Assembly (NCBI GenBank): GCA_964016885.1
Contig: OZ024756.1
Location: 22,444,001-22,508,000 of the forward strand
DNA from: Eledone cirrhosa
Lineage: Eukaryota
DNA: 64,000 nt
Direction: 5' to 3'
The first letter of the stretch is position 1. Each line of letters opens with the position of its first letter. A program made the translations under genes and the position numbers. Positions 12,236 through 25,493 of this stretch are shown piece by piece. Under the pieces are notes generated by a model. The model was not told where the DNA came from and did not search any database. It saw only the letters and a program-made list of their open reading frames with translations.

Positions 12236-12431
12236 GAACTTTTTTTGTTTAATATAAGGAACTGTTTCATTGTTTATTCATTATTTGTTTAATATTTTAT
12301 CTTGACTCTGTATACCGTTTATCTTTCACCGAAAGTGATTTTTCATTACATCTCTTCTTTCCATGATATCCGGAATACATTGAGTTCTTCATACGGATTG
12401 GACACTACCGTAAACTCTTGGTAGATTTATC

Positions 12432-12516
<85 letters not shown>

Positions 12517-13258
12517 GGGTGTGCGAGTAAGTGTGTGTATGTAAGGATGCGCATGTATCTGATTATGTGTGTGCCTGTGTGAGTGCGTGCGTGCGTGTGA
12601 GTATGTTTATATATTGGGTCGTCAAGTATGAAGCCTGTAGCAATTTATAGAAAAAAAATGAAATTGTTACAAATTTCAAACTTGACGACTCAATATATAT
12701 ATGTGTGTGTGAGAGCGTGCGTGTGTATGTACATATATCTGTGTGTTTGTGAGTATGCTCCTACATCTGTGTTACAATACAACGTATGTTGCTCACGTTT
12801 GAGAATATTATGCAACAGCGGTATATTTCTAGCTTCTAATCAAATTAGTCATCAATGTATCGATTTCCTGAGCTACATGTTGGCTTTCTAAGCCGGTTCA
12901 TACACTCACACACACATATAAGACACACACACACACACAAACATATATATCTATATATCTATGTGTACAGCCCCATACACACATATATACACACAGATAC
13001 GTATACACACACAGATACGTATACGCGTATATATATATATACACACACACATATATATGTATATACACACAAACATATATATGTATATACTCACAAACAC
13101 ATACATATATATACATACATTCACCTATATATTTTGAGTGAACTGCGTATGAACATGCGATTCATTACTTCAATTTTAAACATTATGTGTGTGTGTGTGT
13201 ATGTGTGTGTATGTGTGTGTGTGTGTGCGTGGTTAGGTGTGACCGAGATTCTGTTGGC

Positions 13259-13304
<46 letters not shown>

Positions 13305-13472
13305 GAATATTGTATCCAATTCAAGTAGGAGAAAGCAATGAACATGTTTTCATCTAATTAGTTCTCTTCAGCAAGGCATATAGATTGACAAATTTGTTAC
13401 GTTAAAATCGGTCTAATTAAGATATGGGCAATGAGGAGATATATAGCGTTGATTATGTATATAAGTATATAC

Positions 13473-13522
<50 letters not shown>

Positions 13523-14419
13523 TGTGTTGTGTGCGCGTGTGCATGGGATAATATTTTGCAGAAGAACGTATAATCTTTGGTATTCAAAGCCAATTACGGT
13601 AGTATTCGTTATTTTTATATCTCACTGCATAAAGACAAGTTCGAATATGTCAATGGATGCTAAAACTATGAAGTGTTTGTTGCTTGGTAAATGCCAATAG
13701 AAATATCTGTATATAGAACATTACGACAATTCGCTCGTAAATGGATCCTTTTTCTAATACGAAGCTATTATTATAGAGCCGCTTATTGGCATAATATAAT
13801 CCTTGCCGCATTTCTATGCTACCGTATCCCCAGCGATGTGAAACGAAAGCATATGAAGCGTGTTATATTTTCTTCAAACCTACGCCTTTATTTCAGATTT
13901 AAATGTGTTTGAAAAATCATATACGATTTTAAGCAAACTCTTTGTGAAATCTGCATACGAAAGAGAGTGACATCCGTTAGATGGTGAGGTAACTGGCGTC
14001 GTTTAAATTGTTGCTATGCTTGTTTGTTCTTGCTCTTCAGAATGTTATTGTTCCTCAGTTCTAGATCAGGTCTAATCAAGCTGATGTATGCTAAAAGGCG
14101 TTCCAGCAACGACCCCCAACCACGTATTGTTAGGAATATATCGGACGTCACATGCAGGCAACTTTTGTTTTGACTTTGTGAATTATTCTAACATTAAAAT
14201 TTCAGTTTTTGAAATATATTCATGTTCCATAAAGAACATTCCTTTGATTCCTAAACACTTGGTTTTAGCTATTTCTGAAATAATGGGGAGTTTTTTTTTT
14301 TTATATAAATAAGATATAGGGGTTGGTACCCCTATAATATACAAGTGAGTAAAACAACAGATATTCTAACTACTTAGAAAATGAAAAAAAATGAACGCTT
14401 CATTTTCGAAAGAGGGATT

Positions 14420-14660
14420 ACCCAAAAAGAAGAAAAAGAAGAACTACAACAAGTCAACGAAGAAAAAGAAATGGAAAACGAAGACGAAGAAAAGAACGAA
14501 AAAGATAAAGAAAAAGATAAAAAGAAATAGGAAAAAAGAAAAAAGGAAAAAAGGAAAAAAGAAAAAAGGAAAAAAGGAAAAAAGGAAAAAAGGAAAAAAG
14601 GAAAAAAGGAAAAAAGGAAAAAAGAAAAAAGAAAAATAGAAGAAACTGAGAAGAAAAAGG
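14420..14660. repeat. (GGAAAAAA)n purine tract
   Basis: 8-bp unit AAAAAAGG. Confidence 0.9.
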
Positions 14661-14895
14661 AGTCGAAGACAAAGAGCCTTACATTAACTACTGTCTCATT
14701 TCCCTAAGCACGTTGTTGCTGTTATTGTTTATTAATTCCGTAGTAGTTTTCTTAATAGTTGATATTATTGATTTTGTTTTGTATTGTAGTCGATATTCAA
14801 TCCTAATAAAGCAGGGATTCAATCCAAAGATCTATTGAAAAGAGAGATGTGATACATTTAACCTAGTTGACGACCATGTGTTAGTTAGAAAACTA

Positions 14896-15062
14896 CCGTA
14901 TTTCCCGGCGTCGAAGTCGCAACTTTTTTCCTGAAATAAGTCTCAAAAATCTACCATGCGTCCTGTAGACCGAAGATTGTTTATTATTCTTTTTCAGATT
15001 TTGGTCGTCAAAATTAGGGTGCGTCCACTAGGACGAAGCGTCTTCGGCGCCGAAAAATACGG
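14896..15062. mobile_element. pogo/Tigger-type MITE (second copy inverted at 23281-23445)
   Basis: TA|CCGTATTTCCCGGCGTCGAAG...CTTCGGCGCCGAAAAATACGG|TA: TIRs plus TA target duplication. Confidence 0.85.
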
Positions 15063-15397
15063 TAATCTGTTTCACTCAGTGATTTTCATCTATGTGTAAA
15101 ATATATCATTGTATAGCCCAAGGTTTCAACGAGAGAACAGGAATGAGAAATCAAACTAGGATTTCTCTGCGACCTCCCAGTCGTATATTAAAGTATAGTG
15201 AAGACAGAGCAATATAAGCCAATCTCGTTTTATTTTGTTTGTTCTGTGTTTTTTCAAATAGAAGGCTACAATTTGTGTTAGATCTACCGTCTAATTCTAG
15301 ATATACACTCGTATATATGCGTATTTTAAATCCTCCTCTATCTCATATCTATCATTATTGCACTAATGCATAATACATATATATACATATATACAAA

Positions 15398-15431
15398 TAT
15401 CCCACTGTATTTATACATATATAACTTTATT

Positions 15432-15489
<58 letters not shown>

Positions 15490-15521
15490 CATCCCACTGT
15501 ATTTATACATATATAACTTTA

Positions 15522-15559
<38 letters not shown>

Positions 15560-15697
15560 TCCCACTGTATTTATACATATATAACTTTATCTATATATAT
15601 ATATATATATATATACATATATCCCACTGTATTTATACATATATAACTTTATCTATATATATATATACATATATCCCACTGTATTTATACATATATT

Positions 15698-15703
<6 letters not shown>
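15398..15703. repeat. (TA)n-punctuated tandem array of ATCCCACTGTATTTATACATATATAACTTTAT
   Basis: Five copies here plus one at ~15994. Confidence 0.9.
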
Positions 15704-15780
<77 letters not shown>

Positions 15781-15781
<1 letters not shown>

Positions 15782-15885
15782 AGAAGAAATTAAAAGATGG
15801 TTAAACAAGTTCCATGTGTTTTATTATACGCATTTCAAAATAAAATACATTGAACTTTTTTTAACCATCTTTTAATTTCTTCTTA
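15781..15885. mobile_element. (TA)n-flanked foldback with hammerhead 3' half
   Basis: ~45-bp inverted arms; spacer reads GAAATGCGTA on the minus strand. Confidence 0.6.
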
Positions 15886-16007
15886 TATATACTACAGTCC
15901 AATAAACTGTTGAGTGGTACTTATCCGATATTTGTATTGCTTTTTATTGCGCTACAATAAAACTCATCTCCTACATTATATATATATACATATATCCCAC
16001 TGTATTT

Positions 16008-16053
<46 letters not shown>

Positions 16054-16092
16054 TAAAATAACAGATTAAAGTTTAAGCAAATTTATTATTAT

Positions 16093-16157
<65 letters not shown>

Positions 16158-16602
16158 TGGGCGTGTACATCGGAATCTACATTCGTAATTGAAATTAATT
16201 GACTGTGACATATCATGAGTTTTTTTAATATATAATTATTTATATTTATTAGTTTCTATTAAAGTTCTATAACTCATTTTCCCATATCATAGGATGATAT
16301 ATATATATTTCCACGTGAACTTCTAAATCCCGGAAGTGGCGGACATTATTTAATGAAACTGCCAACCAGATTGTTAAACGATGTTGAAGGGTAAATAATC
16401 TTTGAAGTTTCGTAAGTAGGAAAAAAAGAAAACATTAAAATGAAATAAAAATAACATTCGCTATTTATAAGTTAATTTAGAGAAGTGACGATGTATATTA
16501 TGAGACTCGGAAATACGTCGTGTATAACATATTGGAGAATAAATATTGGTATGAATGTTGAAACTGGTTTTCGTACATTCTACTTTATGAACCAATGCAT
16601 GG

Positions 16603-16663
<61 letters not shown>

Positions 16664-16727
16664 GAGAAAAAAGAATAATTATATATATATATAATTATAT
16701 ATATGTATATATAATTATATAATTATA

Positions 16728-16777
<50 letters not shown>

Positions 16778-17028
16778 TAGTAAATTTGTATTCCAATGTT
16801 ACTAAGTAGTCGCATTGGATGGAGTCAACCGACGTCGGAGATTGCTCAACGTATAATAAAGTGTGTCTTAAAATCCGGAGAAAATATGAAGAAGAAGTTT
16901 ATGAAACGGAAATGCGGGTATAAAGAATTTATTAGGTAACAATTGTTTCTATAGTGTATGGGTTACCTATACCTCGCTATTTGAATAATATAAAAATATT
17001 ATTACATATATATAATTACATATATTAT

Positions 17029-17201
<173 letters not shown>

Positions 17202-17304
17202 GTATATATATAATCCAATTACAACTATGAGAATAGCTCAATGTAAAATAAGTATAAAACAGGGCCGAAATACATTATAAATAACAAAGAGTGTTTTAGA
17301 ACAT

Positions 17305-17358
17305 TTAATTACTAACGATCGCTTCAACCAGGCACAAGACCAGATTCATCGGCGAATA
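17305..17358 (-). ncRNA. Degenerate hammerhead
   Basis: CCGATGA ATCTGG..CCTGGTT GAAG CGATCG TTA. Confidence 0.4.
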
Positions 17359-17805
17359 AATCAAAGGTTAAAACATAAATAATAAATATTAAGATTCATA
17401 TAAGAGAAGAAAGCATAGATAGGAGAGGTATATGCAAACAATGACCATATATATGTATATATAAGCATATATATGTATATGTGTGTTTGTGTGTGTTTAT
17501 GTGTGTGTATTCGTGTGTGCGTGTGTGAGTGTGTGTGTGTATAAACATATATATATAGAAATACTGTAAATATTTTATCTAATGATTCTATTGGCCTACT
17601 TTTTATATATATATATGTATATGTGTATATCTATATATCTATATATGTGTGTGTATTTCTGCATGCGTTTGAGTGTGCCCATTCATGCATACACACAAAC
17701 ATATATATTTGCCTGTGAACATTTATATATATATATATATATATATATGCATGCATCTAATAATATATATAATATATATATGTGTATATAAGCATGCATA
17801 CATAC

Positions 17806-17846
<41 letters not shown>

Positions 17847-18191
17847 GTGTGCGTGTGTGAGTATATATGCATGCATATATACATACCTTACATATGTGTA
17901 TGTGTGTATATATGCATGTATGCACGTATACTTACATACATTACATATATATACCTTTGTGCAATGTGTTTATTTGAAAAAAACAACCAGCAAGTGCTGA
18001 ACGTATCTCTGCGTGTCTGAATGAAGAAAGATGCTTTATAAACCGAAACTTATCACTATACTTATTTCTGCTTATCTTACTGTGATTGATTTCAATATCA
18101 ATGACCTATATTCACTTCCTTTGTAATCAGCCGATTCTCAATACTACACACAGACAGATAAGCCAATGGACCATTATCTTGCAAAGAGGAC

Positions 18192-18260
<69 letters not shown>

Positions 18261-18428
18261 ACACACACAGAGTGTACTTTTACATATATATATATATATA
18301 AGTTCTATTTAAATTGTTGGGGTACAACAAGCAAATATTTTTATAACTGATATAAAGCAGTTCAAGTGTACTACGGGTTGGTAACCAATTAGAAAATCAA
18401 ACGAAACTTGAGAGGTCCACGCAAGCGT

Positions 18429-18484
<56 letters not shown>

Positions 18485-18799
18485 ATACACAGTTCAAGAG
18501 TAACCAATCTCAAGGAGACGGACATTATTAATATTATTATTATTATTATTCTCTACATTCCTTACATTAAACTAAAACTATGTTCGCAATCTTTTAATAA
18601 TGTCTACCTTGTGAAATTTGTGGTCTTGTTTTGCTTAATTAGTGTGTGCGTGTGCGTGTGTGCGTGCGCGTGCGTAAAAGGTAAACAGAAATAACAATCG
18701 GTACAGTCTATGGAAGTGATATATTAGGTTAACGCTTGATATAGCAGGAAGAGGGTCTTAATGTTCTCCAGGCGACCGGTGTTATCCAAGGGAATGGCA

Positions 18800-18975
18800 A
18801 TGGCTGGCTGATACAATTTGCCACAAATGACATCGCAAACTCTATCGTTTCTACTGCTGAAATGAAGAGCAGCAATGTTAAATAAAGCATCTTGCTCAAG
18901 GAAACAACGCACCACACATTCCGGGAATAGAACTCACAACCTCACGCTTGCAAGCCCAACGTTTTAAATCAGAAA
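18800..18975 (-). mobile_element. Second tRNA-derived SINE family (also 41765-42040 minus, 59575-59890 plus, fragment 40840-40897)
   Basis: B-box GAGTTCTATTCC / AAGTTCGATTCC followed by GTTGTKTYCTTGAGCAA; other copies continue to ACTCAGCTG...ATGAGT. Confidence 0.65.
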
Positions 18976-19055
18976 CCATTCTCTTCGAGAATATTCTTTT
19001 TCTCCGGTCTACTGAACTAACGTAGTGCTGGTTCTTCATAACATCTCTCTTTCTC

Positions 19056-19116
<61 letters not shown>

Positions 19117-19119
<3 letters not shown>

Positions 19120-19370
19120 ACAATAGCACCACTGACGATGTTGCAGATGTGCAACGAAAGAACTTTGATAAACTATATATATGTGTTTGTGTCTATATTG
19201 TATCTGTATTATTTTTTACCCTTGGTCAGTCAATGGCAACATTGAGGACCGAATAAATTAGATTACCGATATAAAAGACACAGAAGCGAAAAGCGAAAAC
19301 CAACCAAACAGTGAGTGTGTTCTGTTATTAATTCTGGCAATATTACACAAATATGACCCTCCCCAAGTAT

Positions 19371-19451
<81 letters not shown>

Positions 19452-19635
19452 TTGTTATACTTGGGGAGGGTCATATTTGTGTAATATTGCCAGAATTAAT
19501 AACAGAACACACTCACTGTTTGGTTGGTTTTCGCTTTTCGCTTCTGTGTCTTTTATATCGGTAATCTAATTTATTCGGTCCTCAATGTTGCCATTGACTG
19601 ACCAAGGGTAAAAAATAATACAGATACAATATAGA
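19117..19635. mobile_element. Family C Penelope-like terminus with hammerhead and perfect tail-to-tail inverted duplication
   Basis: Arms 19192-19377 and 19451-19635 are reverse complements around a (TA)n spacer. Confidence 0.85.
19126..19170 (+). ncRNA. Type I hammerhead (family C)
   Basis: CA CTGACGA T GTTGCA-GATG-TGCAAC GAAA GAAC TT TGATA. Confidence 0.7.
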
Positions 19636-19655
19636 TATATATATATATATAATAT

Positions 19656-19771
<116 letters not shown>

Positions 19772-20461
19772 CTCTCTCAGTTTCTGTAATGTTTCTGTGA
19801 GTAGATCGTTCAGAGCAAACATCATTGATGAGTTGGCAACTAGCGGTGAAACTAACCGAACTTATTCATTCATTCATTCATTCATTCATTTAGTAAACCT
19901 TCATTTACGTTTCCATCGATGTATCTCTTCTTTCCGCCGATTGTTCATTTATTTATTTATTCACCGCTTCATTTTCTTTTGTCAATCATTAATTAATTCA
20001 TTTTCTCTGTTCGTTTGTCCCTTTCTTCATTCACCATTTCGAGTGTTGGTTCATTCGTCCATTCGTCTGTTATATTCTTTCGTTCATTCACATATCCTTT
20101 CAGATATATAATAAATTCAAGAGATAATTCCATTAAGGTGTCATTAAAATTTCACGTATAAAGACAAAGAATAAGGATTTTAGACGTTCGAGTTAATTTA
20201 CTAGAAGCTTCCGGCAAGAGGGATTAACTGAAGTATGGCTTCCTTTAAGAAAACGTACTGATGTGTTAGCGTAGGAGGTGATAGTGAGATAGTGATGGAG
20301 ATAGGTTTCTATTATATGTCATTTCACTGAAGCAAACTAACAGATACTAGAGGGAGACACGGATTTAATAAATTACTCTAATAATGAAGATAGTAATGAA
20401 GATAATGATGATAATAATAATCATGATTATGATCATATAATGGCTATAATAACAATAAGAA

Positions 20462-20677
20462 TGGTTTCTGATTTAGGCACAAGGCCAACAATTTTAGGGG
20501 AGGAGGGAAAGTGATTAAATCGACCTCAGTGCATTGCTGGTACTTTATTTTAACTACCGCCTAAGGATGAAAGGCAACGCTAACCTCGGCGGGATTTGAA
20601 CTCAATGTAATGAAACGTAACACTATACTGAAAAGAATCTTGTCCGACGCTCTAACGATTCTGTCAATCCACCACCC

Positions 20678-20730
<53 letters not shown>

Positions 20731-21150
20731 GTGATTTCTACTGTAGGCACAAGGCCAGCAATTTTGTGGGAGTGGAATGTCGACTAAATCTACCCCAGTG
20801 TGTTACTGGTAATTTATTTTATTGACCAGGTAAGGATAGAAGGCAAAGCTAAGCCCGACGGGATTTGAACTCAGAATGTAAAGGGCCACGAAGCTGGCTG
20901 TCCGACGCTCTACCGATACTGACAAACCACTATCATAATAATAATAACGGTTTCAGATTTAGACACAAGGCCAGCAATTTTGGGGAAGGATGAAAGTCGA
21001 TTAAATAAACCCCAATGCGTTACTGGTACTCTATTTTATCGAATCGATCTTGTAAGTATGAAAGGCAAAGTTAACATTGACGCGATTTGAACTTAGAACA
21101 TAGAAACTTGTTATCAAATACCGCAAAATATTTTGTCCGAAGCGTTAAGG
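20462..21150 (-). mobile_element. Three tandem major SINE copies separated by (AAT)n
   Basis: Approx. 20462-20675, 20732-20930, 20948-21150. Confidence 0.9.
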
Positions 21151-22029
21151 ATTCTTATAAGAAAGAAGAGGATACATGTGAGTGAGTGGAATAGGGAATG
21201 GGAAGGAATTGAAGAGGGTGGTGAAGGGAATGATAGATTGCATAACCTGATGACGACAGATATATTATTTATAAAGAGGAAACAAAAGAGGAAATGATGT
21301 AGAGGGACCTTTGGGCTTGTCATAATTTGTGGTCTAAAGTGAAGGAGATTATTTTGTTATTTTTCTTCTCATAATCGAAACTGGTTGGCGGTAACGATTT
21401 ATCTATATATTACCAAAGAAGGAATGTGAGTGACCCACTGCAAAAATATTGTACCACTCATTCTGGGCTGATCTTGCACAATGTATTGACAATATTGTAC
21501 ATTAAATAAAAAGCTATAACTTATATTATTCGTTTTCTTACAAGCTATGAATATAATGTGCACTATATCTGACAAGCTATGATCCATGATGTTTGGTGCT
21601 TTCCATAGAACAGAATATGTTGTTTTATACGATACCATTCCTATGTGGTATATCAAATATATAATTGTTTCTGTAAAAGAGGTGTATATGAAAGTATATA
21701 CAATACGTTTATATATATACGATAAACACGTGAAAGCTTGCCTCCTGCCAATTAATCCTTTATATGGTAGTACTTTACAAGTTGGCATAAAGGAAATCTA
21801 GACTAATGCTAATTGTCACAGCAAACGTACATGAGACAACCATTTAACTCATACTTGTACAAGCGGACATGGAATTCCCTAAATGGTCATATAATTTGCT
21901 GGGAACAACAGCCAAGTCGCCCTCAAATCATCCAAATATATACCCATTTGACAATGGAGTTCTTGATCATCCAAAGGTATACACATTTGACCACGGAGTT
22001 CATGATATATAGAAAGAGTGGATGTTTAC

Positions 22030-22728
22030 GACTGGAATGGTGTTGGTTAGTAGGTCTGCTTGATCAGAGCTGAACTGTTGTTAGAGATTTATTAATAAAG
22101 GTTTACTGTTTACATAATTTGCTAGAAATAACAGCCAAATGTCCCTTAAATCACATGTAGTTCCTGAGATATAAAGACATTGTATGATTATGACTGGAAT
22201 GGCTTGAATAATAAGTAGATCTGCGTGATCAGGGCTGACCTGTTGCTAAACATAATGATCAAAGGTTTACTGTTTATACAAATCTAATTCATCTAATCCA
22301 CCTGATTTCTCGCTATCAATAATAGTAAATCAATATTGTTGAGGAATGACATTTGTTGAGGCTGACATTATCTTATAAAGATCCAGTGTTCAATATTGAT
22401 TGAACAACCTAGTTGCTGATAAAATGCTTTCAATCTCAACTTACTTCTGGTTATATTCTCTTATTAAACCGACATTGCAATGTTCTTTCTTATTTTTAGC
22501 TGTATTTTCAAATAATATTATGGCTATTTTTTTGGTGCTGTTGTATTGTTAGTGTTTAGTTACATGTAAGCTCTGATCAGGAAGAACTATGATCAACGGC
22601 TTTTAGTTACATGTAAGCTCTGATCAGGAAGAACTATGATCAACGGCTTTTAGTTACATGTAAGCTCTGATCAGGAAGAACTATGATCAACGGCTTTTAG
22701 TTACATGTAAGCTCTGATCAGGAAGAAC
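22030..22728. repeat. Interspersed CTGATCA..CAGACCTA family: two ~162-bp tandem copies, then a 47-bp x3.7 tandem array (22555-22728)
   Basis: Unit TTTAGTTACATGTAAGCTCTGATCAGGAAGAACTATGATCAACGGCT; related pieces at ~14060 and ~30340. Confidence 0.75.
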
Positions 22729-22825
22729 TTTATCTGCCTAGCATGTCATGAAGTTGCGTAGCGCCTCGCCATTGATGTTGTTGCTGTTGTTGTGATGTAA
22801 CTCCAAGGCAGTGGATTGCCTAAAT

Positions 22826-23136
22826 CAAACGTTCTCAAAGTGGGTGCTACCGCCAACACATACTGTAGGCTATTTAGAAGGTCCACGGGGTTCAGGGGCG
22901 GTAGAGATGATATAATATATTAAATATCAAATGATACATGTATATAAATGTAGTAAAATTTAAAAAAATATTTTTTTTTTAATACATAGTATATTATATA
23001 TAAATTAATGATTTTATTAAATATATATTATTTACAATCTGCCTGTAGGCAGGTATCTCTGGAAAAAGGGTTGGGTCGCTGATGGTATTACGTTGCCCTG
23101 AGGTGGGTGTGGTGGCCCAAAATTTGAGGACCTCCG
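22826..23136. mobile_element. hAT (Charlie-like) MITE remnant
   Basis: Ends GTTCTCAAAGTGGG and AAAATTTGAGGACC resemble degenerate hAT TIRs. Confidence 0.5.
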
Positions 23137-23280
23137 TCGGCTAAAATGTCTCTTCGTATAGCTAATAAATTAGATGCGAATATATTTGTGCTATAGAGAA
23201 ACAACTTCCCTTCCTATATATAAAGCAATAGACTTTACGAGATAGCCAGTGATAGGTGGTCAAAAATATAGGAAGAACTA

Positions 23281-23445
23281 TCGTATTTCCAGGCGCCGGA
23301 GACGCTTCGTCTTCGAGGACGCACCCTAATTTTGACAACCAAAAATATAAAACAAAATAAAGAAACTTCGGCCTCCAGGAGGCACGATAGATTTTTGAGA
23401 CTTTGTAGGAAAAAAAAGTAGCGTCTTCGACGCCAGGAAATACGG
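23281..23445. mobile_element. pogo/Tigger-type MITE
   Basis: TA|TCGTATTTCC...GGAAATACGG|TA; inverted homologue of 14896-15062. Confidence 0.85.
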
Positions 23446-23449
23446 TATA

Positions 23450-23587
23450 TAATTGTTTCTACTTTAGGCACAACGCCAGCAATTACCCAATGCATTACTG
23501 GTACTTTATTTTATCGAACCCGTAAGGATGAAAGGCAAAGTCAACCTCGGCGGGATTTGAACTCAGATCGTAAAGGGACGTAACTAT
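23450..23587 (-). mobile_element. Major SINE copy, 5' truncated
   Basis: Body and B-box present. Confidence 0.9.
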
Positions 23588-25459
23588 GTATATAATGATG
23601 GATGGAAGCGTCTGGATGACGTGACTGGAAACATCGCAGAAATTATAGAACGCTTCTTTATATATTGTCGTTCCTATGTTAATCAAATGTTCCTTCGATG
23701 TGTCTTTTAATCTGCAGTCTCAAAGGAGAGTTTGTGTACTTTATATAGAAATTTCACGTCCGTAATGCTTATATAAATGATGCATGTTGAGTCTTCTATT
23801 GTTATATCGTTTTGAATTACTAATCTTTATAACATTAGATTGTTTTATCAGAAGCGCACGATGCATGATTATCCCAATTTTCATATAGCAGTGACTACAA
23901 ACTTCAATCTATCCATCCCTTATACAAGCCGACAGCGTTGTGATTGATTATATGGCTATTATTTCTAGCAAAGCTAACGACCACGTAGATACTCCCTCGT
24001 TGAATTCTAAGTACATACCATCAATACCACTCTACTATCCCTCGTTTTGAGTTCAACTCTTACCAACGTCAATAATGCTTTTTATCCTACCAGTGTCGAT
24101 AAAATAAGTAACAGTCTCGTGCTGCAATCAATTTAATAACCGAGTTAGAAATCGTATTTATATATATATATATTGTTGATTGATATCTTTGCTAACGTTA
24201 TTTTCTTTTTATCCGTTTTCATTTCCCTACATGACGCTAATAATAGATTTAATTTCAATTCTGGATTATCTGCCTTCTAATTATTGCTGTACTTACAGTT
24301 ATCTTTATTATTGATCGGTTTATTCGTTTTGTTGTGATTTTATTGTGTTGTGATTTTATTGTGTTGTGATTTTGCTTTCACACGTTGTCGTTTTTTTTTT
24401 TAGGATTAGAATTCCTAGACGGTTAAAATTGGTAAGATTAAAATCTCGACAAGTAGACAGCTATACTCAACAGAACATTTGGAATAATTATCAGAAAATA
24501 TCTTTCTCTTGTTTTGCAGAATTTCTGGATTTCTATCCTATCTAACGCTTGGCTAAACATTTATGCTGTTTGCTTAATTGTTTATTTTATTAGTGCGTGA
24601 TTTTGCCTTACAGTTTCTAGTTTTTATTCTTTTCCTTTTTAATATTGGCGGGAGATTGGGGGGTTCATTCGTAAAGGAAATTAAAAACAGTGTTGCTTTA
24701 TGTTCGACATCAGAAACCAAATTGTGAAAAAAGGTTGCACTAAATTTTACTTTTTACTCCATTAAACTTTATTTCCTTGCTGGGATATAAAGGGCCTCAT
24801 ACGCTTTCGTTTGAGTTGTTAGCAATCCGCAACCTCTCTTATAAATACACTACTGTTGATAACAATGGTTCACACATTACATATAAATTCCAAGATATTC
24901 AGTAATTAAAATAAAGAGGACATGGTGATTGCTGCAGATTTGCTCAGTCAGGGATGATCTTAAGCTCAACAAAAACTTTAACAACATAACAACTAAAGCC
25001 AATAAATGCATCACTATGAGGACCCTTAAACTAATGAAATTACCAAAGGAATCTCATTTATATTACGATATTCTATCTGAAAAAATGAGAGGCTTTAAAA
25101 AAGAAAAAGAGTGGAAAAATTATGTTCGGAATGACTTGACCACATTTATTCAGGTTAAGGAGTAACCTGGATTTAAACATTAAGCAACATGAATGATTCT
25201 ATATAAACATATTCTAGGACATCGTATTTCCGGAAATCTTATGGTACAACTGACACTGTGGATGAGTCAGTAGAGTAAGAGCTGTTTATGTCTCTCCACA
25301 CTAGAGTGTCCATATTATTTACATACAAACATACACAAACAAAACCACAACCACCTATATATATATATATACACATGTAAAAGGTAAACAGAAATAACAA
25401 TCGGTACAGTATATGGAAAGAATATATTAGGTTAACGCTTGAAATAGCAGGAAGAGGGC

Positions 25460-25493
25460 CTTGATGTTTCGGACGCTAGTCCTTCTTCGGAAG
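25460..25493 (-). ncRNA. Minimal hammerhead with CCGAAGA core
   Basis: CTT CCGAAGA A GGAC-TAGC-GTCC GAAA CA TC AAG; flank 25378-25460 is homologous to 18674-18766 and loosely to ~27035-27110. Confidence 0.6.

Larger units (their letters stand above)
10463..12435. mobile_element. Nest of (TA)n-separated Penelope-like termini with nested inverted repeats
   Basis: 10463-10601 is the reverse complement of ~12297-12435; 11903-12084 is the reverse complement of ~12117-12300; separate palindrome 11545-11858; at least five hammerhead motifs. Confidence 0.8.

Noticed and set aside
21399-21788. 129-aa non-repetitive ORF, possible hAT transposase remnant
   Set aside because: No convincing motif or splice signals by eye.
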